64,000 nt of DNA from Bdellovibrionales bacterium (GTDB lineage Bacteria; Bdellovibrionota; UBA1018; CAIMNF01), in assembly GCA_040380025.1 (NCBI GenBank), contig JBEIJY010000002.1:73660-137659 (forward strand), in the 5' to 3' direction. Numbering within the stretch: the first letter of the stretch is position 1; every line of letters begins with the position of its first letter. Under the pieces are notes generated by a model. That model did no database searches. It saw only the letters and a list, made by a program, of their open reading frames with translations, and was not told the origin of the DNA. The position numbers were made by a program, and so were the translations under genes. Positions 8,134 to 18,030 of the stretch are shown here, piece after piece.

Positions 8134-9696
8134 TCATCGTTGGGCGCCCGCAAGCATCCTGTCCTCGAATGCCGTAAGTGCCGCTTTTGCCCCTTCTCCC
8201 ATGGCGATGATGATTTGTTTGAAAGGCGTCGTGGTCACGTCGCCTGCCGCATAAATTCCCGGAGCCGAGGTCCGGTTTTTCGCATCGATCACGATTTCAC
8301 CGCTCGGGGCGAGGTCCAGGGTGCCTTTCAAGAATCCGGTGTTCGGAAGAAGCCCGATCTGAACAAAAATTCCGTCCACTGCGAAAACGCGCTCTTCGTT
8401 CGTGGTTCGATCCTCATATACAAGGGCATTGGCTTTGTGACCGTCACCCTCGATTCGGCGGGATTTGGCGTTCGTGATGACAGTCGTATTCGGAAGGGAT
8501 CTCAGTTTGTCGACCAAGACCAGGTCTGCCTTCAGATCGGCATTGTATTCAAAAACCGTGACGTGGCTCGCGATGCCGGCAAGGTCGATCGCCGCCTCCA
8601 CACCGGAATTTCCCCCGCCGATCACGGCCACGGCTCGTCCTTTGTAAAAGGGGCCATCACAATGAGGGCAGAATGCCACTCCCCGCCCTAAGTATTCTTT
8701 TTCGCCGGGAATTCCGAGCTCCCGCCATTTTGCTCCGCTCGCGATGATCACCGAGTGCGCGCGGATGGTCTCGCCGCTCTCGAGCAACACTTCCTTCCGC
8801 TCCTCTTTTGAGATCGATTTCACTTTGCGATGCTCAAAGATCGATACGGGGTATCGCCCCAGGTGGCGGGATAGTTCCGCAGAGAGCCCCGGGCCTTCGG
8901 TGTAGGGGATCGAGATCATGTTCTCGATGCCGCGGGTTTCCTGAAGCTGTCCGCCGATGCGGTCTGCGACGATGGCGGTTTTCAGCCCCTTTCTAGCGCT
9001 GTAAATGGCGGCAGAAGAGCCTGCGGGCCCGCCGCCGATGACCAGCACATCGAAGAATCCGAGATCCTTCGGCACCACGGTCTCGGGGGACTCGGATTTT
9101 CCGAAGTGCTTCTCAAGAACCGAGAGCAAATCGACCAACGAAATCCGGCCCGAGTGCAGAAGAGTATCGCCCGATAGAACCGACGGCACGCCTTGGATTC
9201 CCAATCGGGTGACTTCTTCTTGCCGGAGCCCGCCATCGATCATCTCGTGATCGAAGTCGGAGTGGATCAGGGCGAACAGATTCAGCATCTGCACGACATC
9301 GGGGCAATTCTCGCAAGAAAGCGAAACAAAGGTGCGCAGACGGATCGGACCCTTCAGAGCCTGAATTCGTGCCTGGATTGCTTCGTCGGGAAGCTTGCCT
9401 TTTTCGGCGGAATTCAGGACAGCGAGCACGAGCGAGGAAAACTCGTGCCCTCCCGGGACGCCGCTGAAGCGGATTCCGGTTTTGGCGCCGTTCCTTACTA
9501 TGCAAAAAGACGGAATGGCATGGGCCTCGCCCGATGAGGTAACCGTGATCCGGGAGGAACATTCCGCAAGCCCGCGCAACATCGAAAGAAGCTCCTCTTG
9601 CGCGGGGTGTTGGCACTCGTCATGACGGAGCAAGATGTCCGTCGTAAGAGTGGCAAAAAGCGAAGCGAGTTCTGTTTTCAGTGCATCGTCCAACAT
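8134..9696 (-). CDS. ahpF: alkyl hydroperoxide reductase subunit F
   Basis: N-terminal thioredoxin-like CxxC (CENCPD) plus FAD/NADH disulfide reductase domains (GGGPAGSSAAIY, CPHCDG). Lies downstream of ahpC. Confidence 0.9.
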   Translation of the reverse strand: MLDDALKTELASLFATLTTDILLRHDECQHPAQEELLSMLRGLAECSSRITVTSSGEAHAIPSFCIVRNGAKTGIRFSGVPGGHEFSSLVLAVLNSAEKGKLPDEAIQARIQALKGPIRLRTFVSLSCENCPDVVQMLNLFALIHSDFDHEMIDGGLRQEEVTRLGIQGVPSVLSGDTLLHSGRISLVDLLSVLEKHFGKSESPETVVPKDLGFFDVLVIGGGPAGSSAAIYSARKGLKTAIVADRIGGQLQETRGIENMISIPYTEGPGLSAELSRHLGRYPVSIFEHRKVKSISKEERKEVLLESGETIRAHSVIIASGAKWRELGIPGEKEYLGRGVAFCPHCDGPFYKGRAVAVIGGGNSGVEAAIDLAGIASHVTVFEYNADLKADLVLVDKLRSLPNTTVITNAKSRRIEGDGHKANALVYEDRTTNEERVFAVDGIFVQIGLLPNTGFLKGTLDLAPSGEIVIDAKNRTSAPGIYAAGDVTTTPFKQIIIAMGEGAKAALTAFEDRMLAGAQR

Positions 9697-9747
9697 GGGG
9701 TATTCCTCCCGGTCAAGATCCGGTTACTATGGCATCGAATCGGTAGG

Positions 9748-10314
9748 TCAGATTTTTCCGACGAGATTCAAGCCCGGCTTCAGGGTTTCTGCTCCAGGCT
9801 TCCATTTGGCGGGGCAGACTTCGCCCGGATGGGTCGAGACAAACTGCGCCGCTTGCACCTTGCGAAGCAGCTCGTCCGCATTGCGGCCGATTCCGTTGTC
9901 GTGCATCTCAGCGATCTTGATGAGTCCCTCGGGGTTCACCACGAACGTGCCGCGGTAAGCGAGGCCTTCTTCTTCGATGTGCACACCGAAGGCGCGCGAG
10001 AGGTGCCCTGTCGGATCGGCAAGCATCGGGAAGCGGATCTTCTTGATCGTCTCGGAGGCATCATGCCAGGCCTTGTGCGAGAAGTGGGTGTCGGTGCTGA
10101 CCGAGTAGACCTCGACGCCGAGTTTTTTGAATTCGGCGTATTTGTCTGCCATGTCGCCCAGTTCGGTCGGACAGACAAAGGTGAAGTCAGCGGGGTAAAA
10201 GAAAAAGATCGACCACTTTCCGAGAAGGTCGTTCTTGGTGACGGTTTTGAAGGCTCCTTCGTGAAATGCCTGCACTTTGAAGTCTTCGATTTGGGTATTG
10301 ATGATGGTTTTCAT
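9748..10314 (-). CDS. ahpC: peroxiredoxin AhpC (typical 2-Cys)
   Basis: FTFVCPTE peroxidatic Cys and C-terminal resolving Cys (EVCPA). Confidence 0.9.
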   Translation of the reverse strand: MKTIINTQIEDFKVQAFHEGAFKTVTKNDLLGKWSIFFFYPADFTFVCPTELGDMADKYAEFKKLGVEVYSVSTDTHFSHKAWHDASETIKKIRFPMLADPTGHLSRAFGVHIEEEGLAYRGTFVVNPEGLIKIAEMHDNGIGRNADELLRKVQAAQFVSTHPGEVCPAKWKPGAETLKPGLNLVGKI

Positions 10315-10413
10315 GGGTTTCTCCTTTGACTCAAGGATAGCTCCTCCCTCGGCATAGATAAAATCGAATTATTCTCTAGAGTGATAGAGTAAATCTAACA
10401 ATGAGGGCGGTGG

Positions 10414-10821
10414 ATGTCGAAAAGCCAATGCGGGTCGTTTTGTGGTACACTCCCGCCCATGATGACCGGTATTCGCAAAGTTCTCGGATTCCTGATCCTT
10501 GCCCTCGATCGCATTTTCGTCCCCGGGGTCGAGGTAAGCCGCACTCCGCCGGAGCAGGAAGCGCTCGACCGGAGGCTTTCGGATTGGACCCTGTACCACC
10601 TTGAGGCTTGCCCTTTTTGCGTCAAAGTGCGTCGTCAGATGAAGCGCCGGGCGCTCACGATTCCCCTGAAAGAGATCAATGCCGATTCCCGGTTCCATGC
10701 CGAGCTCATGGCGGGCGGAAAGCTCGATCAGGTCCCGTGTTTGCGCTATCGCGACTCCGCAGGCGCCGAAAAATGGATGTACGAATCGAGCGACATCAAC
10801 GCGTTTCTTGCAGGCCTTTGA
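10414..10821 (+). CDS. glutaredoxin-family (thioredoxin-fold, CPFC) protein
   Basis: LYHLEACPFCVKVRR...GGKLDQVPCL. Divergent from ahpC. The start is uncertain (ATG 10414 or 10459). Confidence 0.6.
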   Translation: MSKSQCGSFCGTLPPMMTGIRKVLGFLILALDRIFVPGVEVSRTPPEQEALDRRLSDWTLYHLEACPFCVKVRRQMKRRALTIPLKEINADSRFHAELMAGGKLDQVPCLRYRDSAGAEKWMYESSDINAFLAGL

Positions 10822-10833
10822 GAGCACACCCTG

Positions 10834-12801
10834 ATGCTTCAAATTCAAGCCGTATCGAAGAGTTTCGGATCGAAAGTCCTGTTTGAGGGCGTACGCGCGA
10901 ATCTCGATGCTCGCTCCCGGATCGCCCTTGTGGGGCCGAACGGGGCTGGCAAATCGACTCTGATCAAGATGATCCTGGGGGGCGAGCACCCCGATCAGGG
11001 GGCGATTGTTCTTCATCCCCACGTTCGGGTCGGGCATCTGGCTCAGGAGCTTCCGAAGTTCGAGGATCGCACCATTCTGGACGAGGTGATGAGCCTCGGG
11101 GGGCGCCGCGGAGAAATCCTTGCACGAAAAGCCTGGCTCGAGCACGAGATGCAATCTCGCGAAGCGGGTCCGGCGCAGGATTCGGTGCTCTCGGCCTATG
11201 CAAAGGTTCTCGAGGAACTCGACTCGTTCGACGAGTTCCGTCTTCCCTCGCGGGCCGAGCGGATTCTCGAGGGGGTCGGCTTCCGGAGCCGGGATTTCGG
11301 GCGGAAGCTCTCGGAATTCAGCGGGGGCTGGCTCATGCGCGTGGCGCTGGCGCGCGTGCTTCTTTTGAATCCCGATATGCTCATCCTTGACGAGCCGACC
11401 AATCATCTGGACCTCGAGTCCCTGCTGTGGCTCGAGGAATTCTTGAAGGGCTATCCCGGCGCGATTCTGATGGTGAGCCATGATCGCGTGTTTTTGAACA
11501 AGCTCGTGAACGGAGTCTGGGAGATCGATCAGCGTCGCATCGAGACTTATTCGGGCGACCTCGATGCGTTCGTCGTTCAAAAAGAGGAACGCCTGAAGGT
11601 GCTCGAGGCGCGGGCGCAAGGGCAAGAGGCGAAGGCCGCCGAACTTCGCGCGTTCATCGAGCGGTTCGGTGCGAAGGCAAGCAAGGCCAGACAGGCGCAA
11701 AGCCGCATGAAGCAACTCGAAAAACTCGAGTCCCTCGAAAAAATCGAACTCCCGCAGGCAACGTCGGGAATCGGGTTTCGGTTCCCGCCCTGTCCGAAGA
11801 GCGGCTCGGTGGTGGCAACCATCAAGGGACTTCAGGTCAGAGTCGGGGCGGGCACCCAGGACGAGAAGACGCTCTTCTCGGGCTTGGACTGGATCGTCAA
11901 GCGCGGCACGCGCACCGCGATCGTCGGCGTGAATGGTGCCGGTAAAACCACTCTTCTGCGGGCTCTTGCCCGCAGTCTCGGGAACGGGGCCGAGTTCACC
12001 GCGGGCGAGTTCCGCCTGGGGCATGAGGTTCGCATCGGCTACTATTCCCAGCTTCAGGCCGAGACGCTCGATCTCGAAAGCACGATTCTCGAAGAGCTCG
12101 AGTCGACGGCACCCACGCTCGAAATCGCCCGCATTCGGGGCGTGGCGGGGGCGTTTCTTTTTCGGGGCGATGATGTCGAGAAAAAGATCAAGGTCCTCTC
12201 GGGCGGCGAGAAGGCGCGAGTGGCGCTTGCGAAACTCCTGCTGACCCCGAACAACTTTTTGCTCCTCGATGAGCCGACCAACCACCTTGACGCGGATTCG
12301 CGGGAGGTTCTGCTGAGTGCGCTCCAGGAGTACGACGGGACATTGTGCCTGGTTTCGCATGATCGTGATTTTGTGGCGCCCCTTGCCGATCAGCTCCTCG
12401 AGATCGAAAATCACAAGGTGATCCCGCTTGTGATTCCCTACGAGGAGTATCTCGAAAAGAAGACCCGCGAGACCCGCGAAAAAATCAAACAATCCTCGCG
12501 GAGCGGGACGCTTGCGGCCGCGACCCGGACTCTTGGTGCGACTAGCGATGCTCCGGCGGAATCGAAGGCGCCGAAGATCTCGAACAACCAGCGAAAGGCA
12601 TGGGAGCGGGAGTTCCAGCTCATTGAGGCCTCGATCGCCGATCTCGAAGAACGAATCCGCGAGCTGAACGACCGGATCGCCTCGGGCGATTTCGAAAAGG
12701 ACGCGGGGAAAATCCGGGCATGGATCGAGGAGCAGTCGGCTCTTCAGCTCGAATTGGACGCAAAAATGACACGATGGGAAGAGCTCGGAGGCTTATTATG
12801 A
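10834..12801 (+). CDS. ABC-F family ATPase (Uup/EttA-like, two NBDs plus C-terminal coiled coil)
   Basis: Two Walker A motifs (GPNGAGKST, GVNGAGKTT), two LSGG signatures, and a Lys/Glu-rich linker. Confidence 0.85.
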   Translation: MLQIQAVSKSFGSKVLFEGVRANLDARSRIALVGPNGAGKSTLIKMILGGEHPDQGAIVLHPHVRVGHLAQELPKFEDRTILDEVMSLGGRRGEILARKAWLEHEMQSREAGPAQDSVLSAYAKVLEELDSFDEFRLPSRAERILEGVGFRSRDFGRKLSEFSGGWLMRVALARVLLLNPDMLILDEPTNHLDLESLLWLEEFLKGYPGAILMVSHDRVFLNKLVNGVWEIDQRRIETYSGDLDAFVVQKEERLKVLEARAQGQEAKAAELRAFIERFGAKASKARQAQSRMKQLEKLESLEKIELPQATSGIGFRFPPCPKSGSVVATIKGLQVRVGAGTQDEKTLFSGLDWIVKRGTRTAIVGVNGAGKTTLLRALARSLGNGAEFTAGEFRLGHEVRIGYYSQLQAETLDLESTILEELESTAPTLEIARIRGVAGAFLFRGDDVEKKIKVLSGGEKARVALAKLLLTPNNFLLLDEPTNHLDADSREVLLSALQEYDGTLCLVSHDRDFVAPLADQLLEIENHKVIPLVIPYEEYLEKKTRETREKIKQSSRSGTLAAATRTLGATSDAPAESKAPKISNNQRKAWEREFQLIEASIADLEERIRELNDRIASGDFEKDAGKIRAWIEEQSALQLELDAKMTRWEELGGLL

Positions 12802-14225
12802 ATTTTGACGAACTTGCGATTTCAGACAGCATGAAGGCACGCCTGAAAGAAATCGGCTTCACCGCGATGACTCCGATTCAGGAGGCGACGATTCCCGTGA
12901 TTCTCGCGGGTCGCGATGTGATCGGCCAATCGAAGACGGGAAGCGGGAAGACCGCAGCCTTTGGGATACCGATTCTCGAAAAAATCGTCGTGCGCCAAGA
13001 AGGTCACCCTGAGCTTCAGGCCTTGATTCTGTGCCCGACCCGCGAGCTCTCGGCCCAGGTGGCTCGCGAGCTCCGGCGGCTCGGCACCAAAAAAATCGGT
13101 CTTCGGGTGATTGAGCTTGGGGGCGGAGTGCCGGGAGGCCCGCAGGCTCGCCAGCTCGAGAACGGAGTCCAGGTCGCGGTGGGCACCCCGGGGCGGGTGC
13201 TCGATCATCTCGAGCGAGGGCGGCTGGATCTGGCGAGTCTTCGGATGCTCGTGCTCGATGAGGCGGACCGGATGCTTGAGATGGGGTTTCAGGAAGAGAT
13301 GGACGGGATTTTTTCGAGGCTTCCCGAATCGCGACAAACGCTGTTGTTTTCGGCGACTTTTCCGCGTGGAATCCTCGAGATGAGCGCGCGGTGCCAGAAC
13401 GATGCAATTCCGCTCAAGCCCGAGGTGCCGTCGACGGACGAAGCGGAATCCTCCACGCAAGCGCTGATCCGGCAGGAGTTTCGGGTATTGGAGGGGGGAG
13501 AGGGGCAGGGGACCGATCGAACGGATGCGCTCTTGTCGCTTCTTTGGGAGACCGACCCCGAATCTGCGATCGTATTTTGCAACTTCAAGGCGGTCAGTTT
13601 TGAGCTGGTGCGCGATCTGAAAATGCTCGGCATCAGCGCCGATTGTTTGAACGGGGATCTCGAGCAGAGGGAGCGGGACCTCGTGATGGCGCGATTCCGG
13701 AATCGAAGCCTTCGCATTCTGGTGGCCACCGATGTTGCGGCACGGGGAATCGATGTGGCGGGGCTCGATTTGGTGGTGAACTATGAGCTTCCCCAGAAAA
13801 CCGAAAATTACGTTCATCGCATCGGCCGCACCGGACGGGCCGGGAAGACCGGCCTTGCCGTCTCGCTCATTCTTCCGCGCGAGAAGGATCGCGCCCGCAT
13901 GCTGGTCGGCCCGGCGTTTGGCGACGAAATCTTTGCGCCCGCCCGGACCGGCACTCCCGAAGGAGGGGCAAAACCCGCCCTTCAGGCCGGAATGGAGACA
14001 CTGATCATTCTGGAAGGCCGGAAGAACAAGATGCGTCCCGGTGACATTTTAGGAGCCCTGACGGGCGAGGCCGGAGGCCTCTCGGGCGAGCAGGTGGGAA
14101 AGATCGAGATCCATGACTTTCATGCCTTCGTCGCGATCGAGAAGAAGTCCGCCGCCCGCGCGCTTGCGCGTTTGCAAGAGGGGCGAATCAAGGGTCGAAA
14201 GGTGCGGGTCGAGCGGCCGAGGTGA
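12798..14225 (+). CDS. DEAD-box ATP-dependent RNA helicase with DbpA-type C-terminal RNA-binding domain
   Basis: Q-motif region, GSGKT, DEAD (VLDEADRML), SAT and HRIGRTGR motifs. The C-terminus has IEGRKNKMRPGDILGAL. ATG 12798 (MNFDELAI) is preferred over the track start at 12720, which overlaps the ABC-F gene. Confidence 0.85.
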   Translation: MNFDELAISDSMKARLKEIGFTAMTPIQEATIPVILAGRDVIGQSKTGSGKTAAFGIPILEKIVVRQEGHPELQALILCPTRELSAQVARELRRLGTKKIGLRVIELGGGVPGGPQARQLENGVQVAVGTPGRVLDHLERGRLDLASLRMLVLDEADRMLEMGFQEEMDGIFSRLPESRQTLLFSATFPRGILEMSARCQNDAIPLKPEVPSTDEAESSTQALIRQEFRVLEGGEGQGTDRTDALLSLLWETDPESAIVFCNFKAVSFELVRDLKMLGISADCLNGDLEQRERDLVMARFRNRSLRILVATDVAARGIDVAGLDLVVNYELPQKTENYVHRIGRTGRAGKTGLAVSLILPREKDRARMLVGPAFGDEIFAPARTGTPEGGAKPALQAGMETLIILEGRKNKMRPGDILGALTGEAGGLSGEQVGKIEIHDFHAFVAIEKKSAARALARLQEGRIKGRKVRVERPR

Positions 14226-14377
14226 ATCGTTCGAACATTCTGGTGCACAGCCGGGCCCGAAGAGCGTCAAGAAAATATCTTTTCTTTTTTCTTTTTTCCT
14301 TGACCTGACGTCTGTAAGCTTATGAAGTAATACCATTCAACGCAGTAAAACTATTGTTTGTCAGGAAAGGGATTTTC

Positions 14378-15157
14378 ATGTCTCGGATTAATAAAATCGT
14401 CCTGTCTTTGTTTGCGTTTTCGACCTTGTTTTCGAGCCCCGCTTTCGCAGAATCATCAAAAATGCTCAATCAGAACGACTTCGTGGGAATCTCGTTTTGG
14501 ATGATCTCGATGGCTCTCGTGGCGGCAACCGCCTTCTTCTTTCTCGAAACCCAGCGGGTTGCGGGAAAGTGGAAGACCTCTCTCACCGTTTCTGGTCTGG
14601 TGACCCTGGTCGCTGCGACTCACTACTTCTACATGCGTGAAGTATGGGTTGAGACGGCAAGCACCCCGACCGTATACCGGTACATTGACTGGCTCATCAC
14701 GGTTCCCCTTCTGATCACCGAGTTCTATCTGATCCTTCGTGCGATCGGAAAGGCCTCTGCCGGAATCTTCTGGCGTCTGATCATCGGAACCACCGCGATG
14801 CTCGCCCTCGGATACATGGGCGAAGCCGGTTACATGGGCGTGTGGCCCGCATTCATCCTGAGCTGTCTTGCGTGGTTCTTCGTGATCTACGAAATCTACG
14901 CCGGAGAAGCAGGAAGAATCGGAACCACCCAGGCTCCTCCCGCAGTTCAATCAGCGTACCGCACCATGCGGACCATCGTGGTCTTCGGCTGGGCGGTTTA
15001 TCCGATCGGATACTTCGTCGGATACCTCACCGGTGCAAACCCTGCCGACAGCATGGGAACTCTGAACATCGTTTACAACTTTGCTGACGTTGTGAACAAA
15101 ATCGGCTTCGGCGTGATCATTTGGAACGTAGCCGTCACTTCGAGCGAATCGAACTGA
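14378..15157 (+). CDS. proteorhodopsin, green-tuned proton pump (DTE motif, Leu105, Schiff-base Lys)
   Basis: Signal peptide, seven TM helices, RYIDWLITVPLLITEFY (D97, T101, L105, E108 by PR numbering), His75 (ATHYFY) and NFADVVNKIGFG retinal-binding Lys. RBS AGGAAAGGG lies upstream of ATG 14378. Confidence 0.9.
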   Translation: MSRINKIVLSLFAFSTLFSSPAFAESSKMLNQNDFVGISFWMISMALVAATAFFFLETQRVAGKWKTSLTVSGLVTLVAATHYFYMREVWVETASTPTVYRYIDWLITVPLLITEFYLILRAIGKASAGIFWRLIIGTTAMLALGYMGEAGYMGVWPAFILSCLAWFFVIYEIYAGEAGRIGTTQAPPAVQSAYRTMRTIVVFGWAVYPIGYFVGYLTGANPADSMGTLNIVYNFADVVNKIGFGVIIWNVAVTSSESN

Positions 15158-15178
15158 TTCGAACAAAAATAAGGAAAA

Positions 15179-15209
15179 GCCCCGCGACCCTGTCGTGGGG
15201 CTTTTTTTT
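15179..15209 (+). terminator. rho-independent terminator after the opsin gene
   Basis: GCCCCGCGAC-CCT-GTCGTGGGGC hairpin (one G:U pair) followed by T8. Confidence 0.75.
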
Positions 15210-15215
15210 GACCTC

Positions 15216-17207
15216 ATGAAACACTTTGATGTCGTCATTGCGGGCGGCGGTCTTTCCGGAATGATCTGCGCCGACACCCTCGCGAATTCTCCGAACACCG
15301 AACTCCGCATCGCCATTGTGGATCCCGATCCCGCGAGCCTGAAATCGAGGACTTTCGCGAGCTGGACAAAAAAATCCGAGCCTCCTCATCGGTATTCCGG
15401 CCTGGTTTCGAAGCGATGGGATCGGTTCCGGGTCACCGACCCCCGCGGGAATCCGATCGAAAGATCATTCGAAGACTATTGCTACGAGTACGTATCGGGA
15501 GAGTCGCTTTTTGAGCATTGGAATCAAAAAATCAATGCTGATCCCCGCTTTCATCGCATCGATCAATCCGTCCGGACCATCACCGAGGAGCGAAATCCCG
15601 ACACTGGACAGATTCGTGCGGTGGTGGAGCTCAAGGACGGACGCATCCTTCATGCTGATCGGGTGTTGAGCTCTCCCGCGCGCCATCCGGGAGCGGTTCA
15701 ACAAAGCTTTTTCGGGCTCGAGATCGAAACGACCGAGGAGTTCTTCGATCCGGATGTGGTGGATCTCATGGATTTTCGCTTCGAGCAAAAAGGCGAGGTC
15801 CGGTTTGTGTATCGCTTGCCCCTGAGCAAGACCCGCGCACTGGTCGAGTTCACGGTCTTTTCGGCAAGCGATGTTTCCAGAACAGACTGCGAGGCGGGAC
15901 TGCAAGAGTATCTTTCTCGATTGCTGGGGCTCCCTTCGTATTCCGTGCTCCGGACCGAATCCGGGATCATTCCGATGGGCGTGGACCCGGAGCCTTTTTT
16001 CCCCCCTTCGTTTCGAAGCCAGGTGATGGAATCGATCGGAGGAGCGGGAGGAAGAATCAAGGCCAGCACGGGATACTCCTTTCGGCGGAATCTGGAGCAC
16101 CCGGAAGCGGGGACGAGCGCGGGATCTGCGCGCTTCCGGTTCCGGATGTATGATGTGCTACTGCTCGGGATGATTCGACAAAACGGCGGCGTGGTCGCCG
16201 GCGTCTTTGCCCGATTGTTCGCACGAAACCGACCGGGAGCGGTGTTTTCGTTTCTGGACGAAAAATCGCGACCCTTGGACGAGGCCAGGATTTTCTGGTC
16301 CCTGCCTTGGACGCCTTTTTTGCGACAGTTGTTGCTGGAGTATCCTTTTCTTTTTGCCGCAATGGCAACTCTTTTGCTTCAGCATGCGATCGGAGGATTC
16401 GCCGGCTGGATCGTGCCCCTTTCGGGTCTGCTCATTACGGGCGTTCCCCATGGGAGTGTCGATCATTTGCTGAATCCAGCCCAAAAAAACAGACTTTCCT
16501 TCACGCTTCGCTATCTCATAGGAATGGCGCTTTATCTTCTCGCCTGGTGGTTTGCGCCTCTTCTGACCTTCTTGTTCTTTCTTTGGCAGTCGGCCGATCA
16601 CTTCGGCGAGGCATATTGGATTCGCGCGATCCGCGCGTCCAAGAATGATCCCCTGGTTCGCGGACTGGTCTGGCTCTGGGGCCTGTTCGCGGCCGGATTC
16701 AGTGTTTTGTTTCATTGGGAAGAGGCGATGCCGATCGTGATCGGCATCGTGGGCGATCAGGAGTGGATCCGAACACTCCCGGACTCGCGGGCTGGGTTTC
16801 TCTCGCTCGTTCTTTTTGGAATGGCCTTCATTGCGGCCCATTTGCTCGATCGCTATGAGCGCAGGTCCAGGGGGCGGCCCCCGAGCGGTGCTCCGGCCAC
16901 GCTTCTTCTCGGGGCTGTGCTCATGATGCTTCCTCTTTTACCGGGCTTTCTTTGTTTCTTTGCGTTCTGGCATGGCTGGGATTCGATCCGGGCCCAGCGG
17001 GAGCGCATGGGGTGGAGCGTGGGCGATTACGTTCGGAAGGCGTTGCCACTCTCGGTGGTTTCATGGGCCGGAATCTTTGGCTTGATTTGGTGGTTCGACG
17101 GGCTGATTTGGAAGGTCTTTTTTATCGCGATCGGCGCTCTCACCGCGGCCCACGTGCCCGCAATGAAGCGATTTTTACTTTCACGACCAACAGAAGAGCG
17201 GGGATGA
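15216..17207 (+). CDS. crtY-blh: lycopene beta-cyclase (CrtY/CrtL-type, FAD) fused in frame to Brp/Blh beta-carotene 15,15'-dioxygenase
   Basis: N-terminal VVIAGGGLSGM dinucleotide motif, ESGIIPMG and GGAGGRIKASTGYSF cyclase motifs. The C-terminal 290 aa form a multi-TM domain with conserved His motifs (PHGSVDHL, SADHFGE, HWEE, FWHGWDS) typical of Blh. Confidence 0.85.
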   Translation: MKHFDVVIAGGGLSGMICADTLANSPNTELRIAIVDPDPASLKSRTFASWTKKSEPPHRYSGLVSKRWDRFRVTDPRGNPIERSFEDYCYEYVSGESLFEHWNQKINADPRFHRIDQSVRTITEERNPDTGQIRAVVELKDGRILHADRVLSSPARHPGAVQQSFFGLEIETTEEFFDPDVVDLMDFRFEQKGEVRFVYRLPLSKTRALVEFTVFSASDVSRTDCEAGLQEYLSRLLGLPSYSVLRTESGIIPMGVDPEPFFPPSFRSQVMESIGGAGGRIKASTGYSFRRNLEHPEAGTSAGSARFRFRMYDVLLLGMIRQNGGVVAGVFARLFARNRPGAVFSFLDEKSRPLDEARIFWSLPWTPFLRQLLLEYPFLFAAMATLLLQHAIGGFAGWIVPLSGLLITGVPHGSVDHLLNPAQKNRLSFTLRYLIGMALYLLAWWFAPLLTFLFFLWQSADHFGEAYWIRAIRASKNDPLVRGLVWLWGLFAAGFSVLFHWEEAMPIVIGIVGDQEWIRTLPDSRAGFLSLVLFGMAFIAAHLLDRYERRSRGRPPSGAPATLLLGAVLMMLPLLPGFLCFFAFWHGWDSIRAQRERMGWSVGDYVRKALPLSVVSWAGIFGLIWWFDGLIWKVFFIAIGALTAAHVPAMKRFLLSRPTEERG

Positions 17208-18030
17208 AGAGCAGGATTTTTCGAGTGGTCGGGACCACGGTCCGGTTCCGGAATGCTGTTTTCGGGTCACTCGCCGCGGTCTTCAGCAATTCGTGACCGA
17301 TTTGCTGATAGAGTTTTCCGGCGAAGGCGATCGCCACGGCCGTCCGAAGGGGCAAAAATGCAATCCCCCGAAAGCCCTCGTCATACCAACGGTCAGCAAG
17401 ACGCAACAACGACCGCACCGCCGGGAGCGCTCGCTCAGGTTCGTGTGCCAGCTCGCGTGCCAAGTCGTGAGCCCCTAGCCCCGGCATGAGATCAGCCGGA
17501 ATGTACACTCGGCCGATCCGGGCATCGGCTTGGATGTCGCGCGCAATGTTCGTGAGCTGCATTGCCTTTCCGAGCGCGGCGGCCGGAGCCGGCGCCCGGA
17601 TCGGATCGGCACCGATCACGGGGCACATCATGAGTCCCACGACTCCGGCCACACGAAAGCAGTACTGTTCGAGTTCCGAAACGGTCGCATAGCGCGTGTC
17701 TTCGAGATCCATCCGGAACCCCGCGAGGAATTCCGCCCGGTGCGCGGGATCGACCCAGGCGGGAGGGCTGAAAGGAGAGTTTGCGTCGGTAGCGCACTCG
17801 ATTTCTTGAAGCCCGCGCAGCGCAGCGGAGCGGTCAGGGGCCTCGTCGATTCGATCATCACAGTTTCGGCACCACTGATACAGCCGAAGTGCATCGTGGC
17901 GCGTGGAGCGCGGCAAAAAAAATGAAGCGAGGGCAAAGCTTTTCGATCCTTGCCGGATCACCTCCTCGGGCGAAATCGCGGGGTGAGGTCTAGGATGCGG
18001 TCGAGGGTGCTCGTCTGGCGCGGCCGTCAT
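17140..18030 (-). CDS. crtB: phytoene synthase
   Basis: Squalene/phytoene synthase family with DxxxD-type substrate-binding motifs (YCFRVAGVVG, NIARDI). The start abuts the crtI stop. Confidence 0.85.
   Translation of the reverse strand: MTAAPDEHPRPHPRPHPAISPEEVIRQGSKSFALASFFLPRSTRHDALRLYQWCRNCDDRIDEAPDRSAALRGLQEIECATDANSPFSPPAWVDPAHRAEFLAGFRMDLEDTRYATVSELEQYCFRVAGVVGLMMCPVIGADPIRAPAPAAALGKAMQLTNIARDIQADARIGRVYIPADLMPGLGAHDLARELAHEPERALPAVRSLLRLADRWYDEGFRGIAFLPLRTAVAIAFAGKLYQQIGHELLKTAASDPKTAFRNRTVVPTTRKILLFIPALLLVVKVKIASLRARGPR

Noticed and set aside
10369-12492. 707-aa minus-strand ORF
   Set aside because: It is antisense to the well-supported ABC-F gene. Its composition is Arg/Leu/Pro-rich, typical of the GC-rich reverse frame, and it has no motifs.
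15195-15215. ORF-track start of the cyclase gene at 15195
   Set aside because: It begins inside the opsin terminator T-tract. ATG 15216 (MKHFDVVIAGGG) gives the canonical Rossmann N-terminus.
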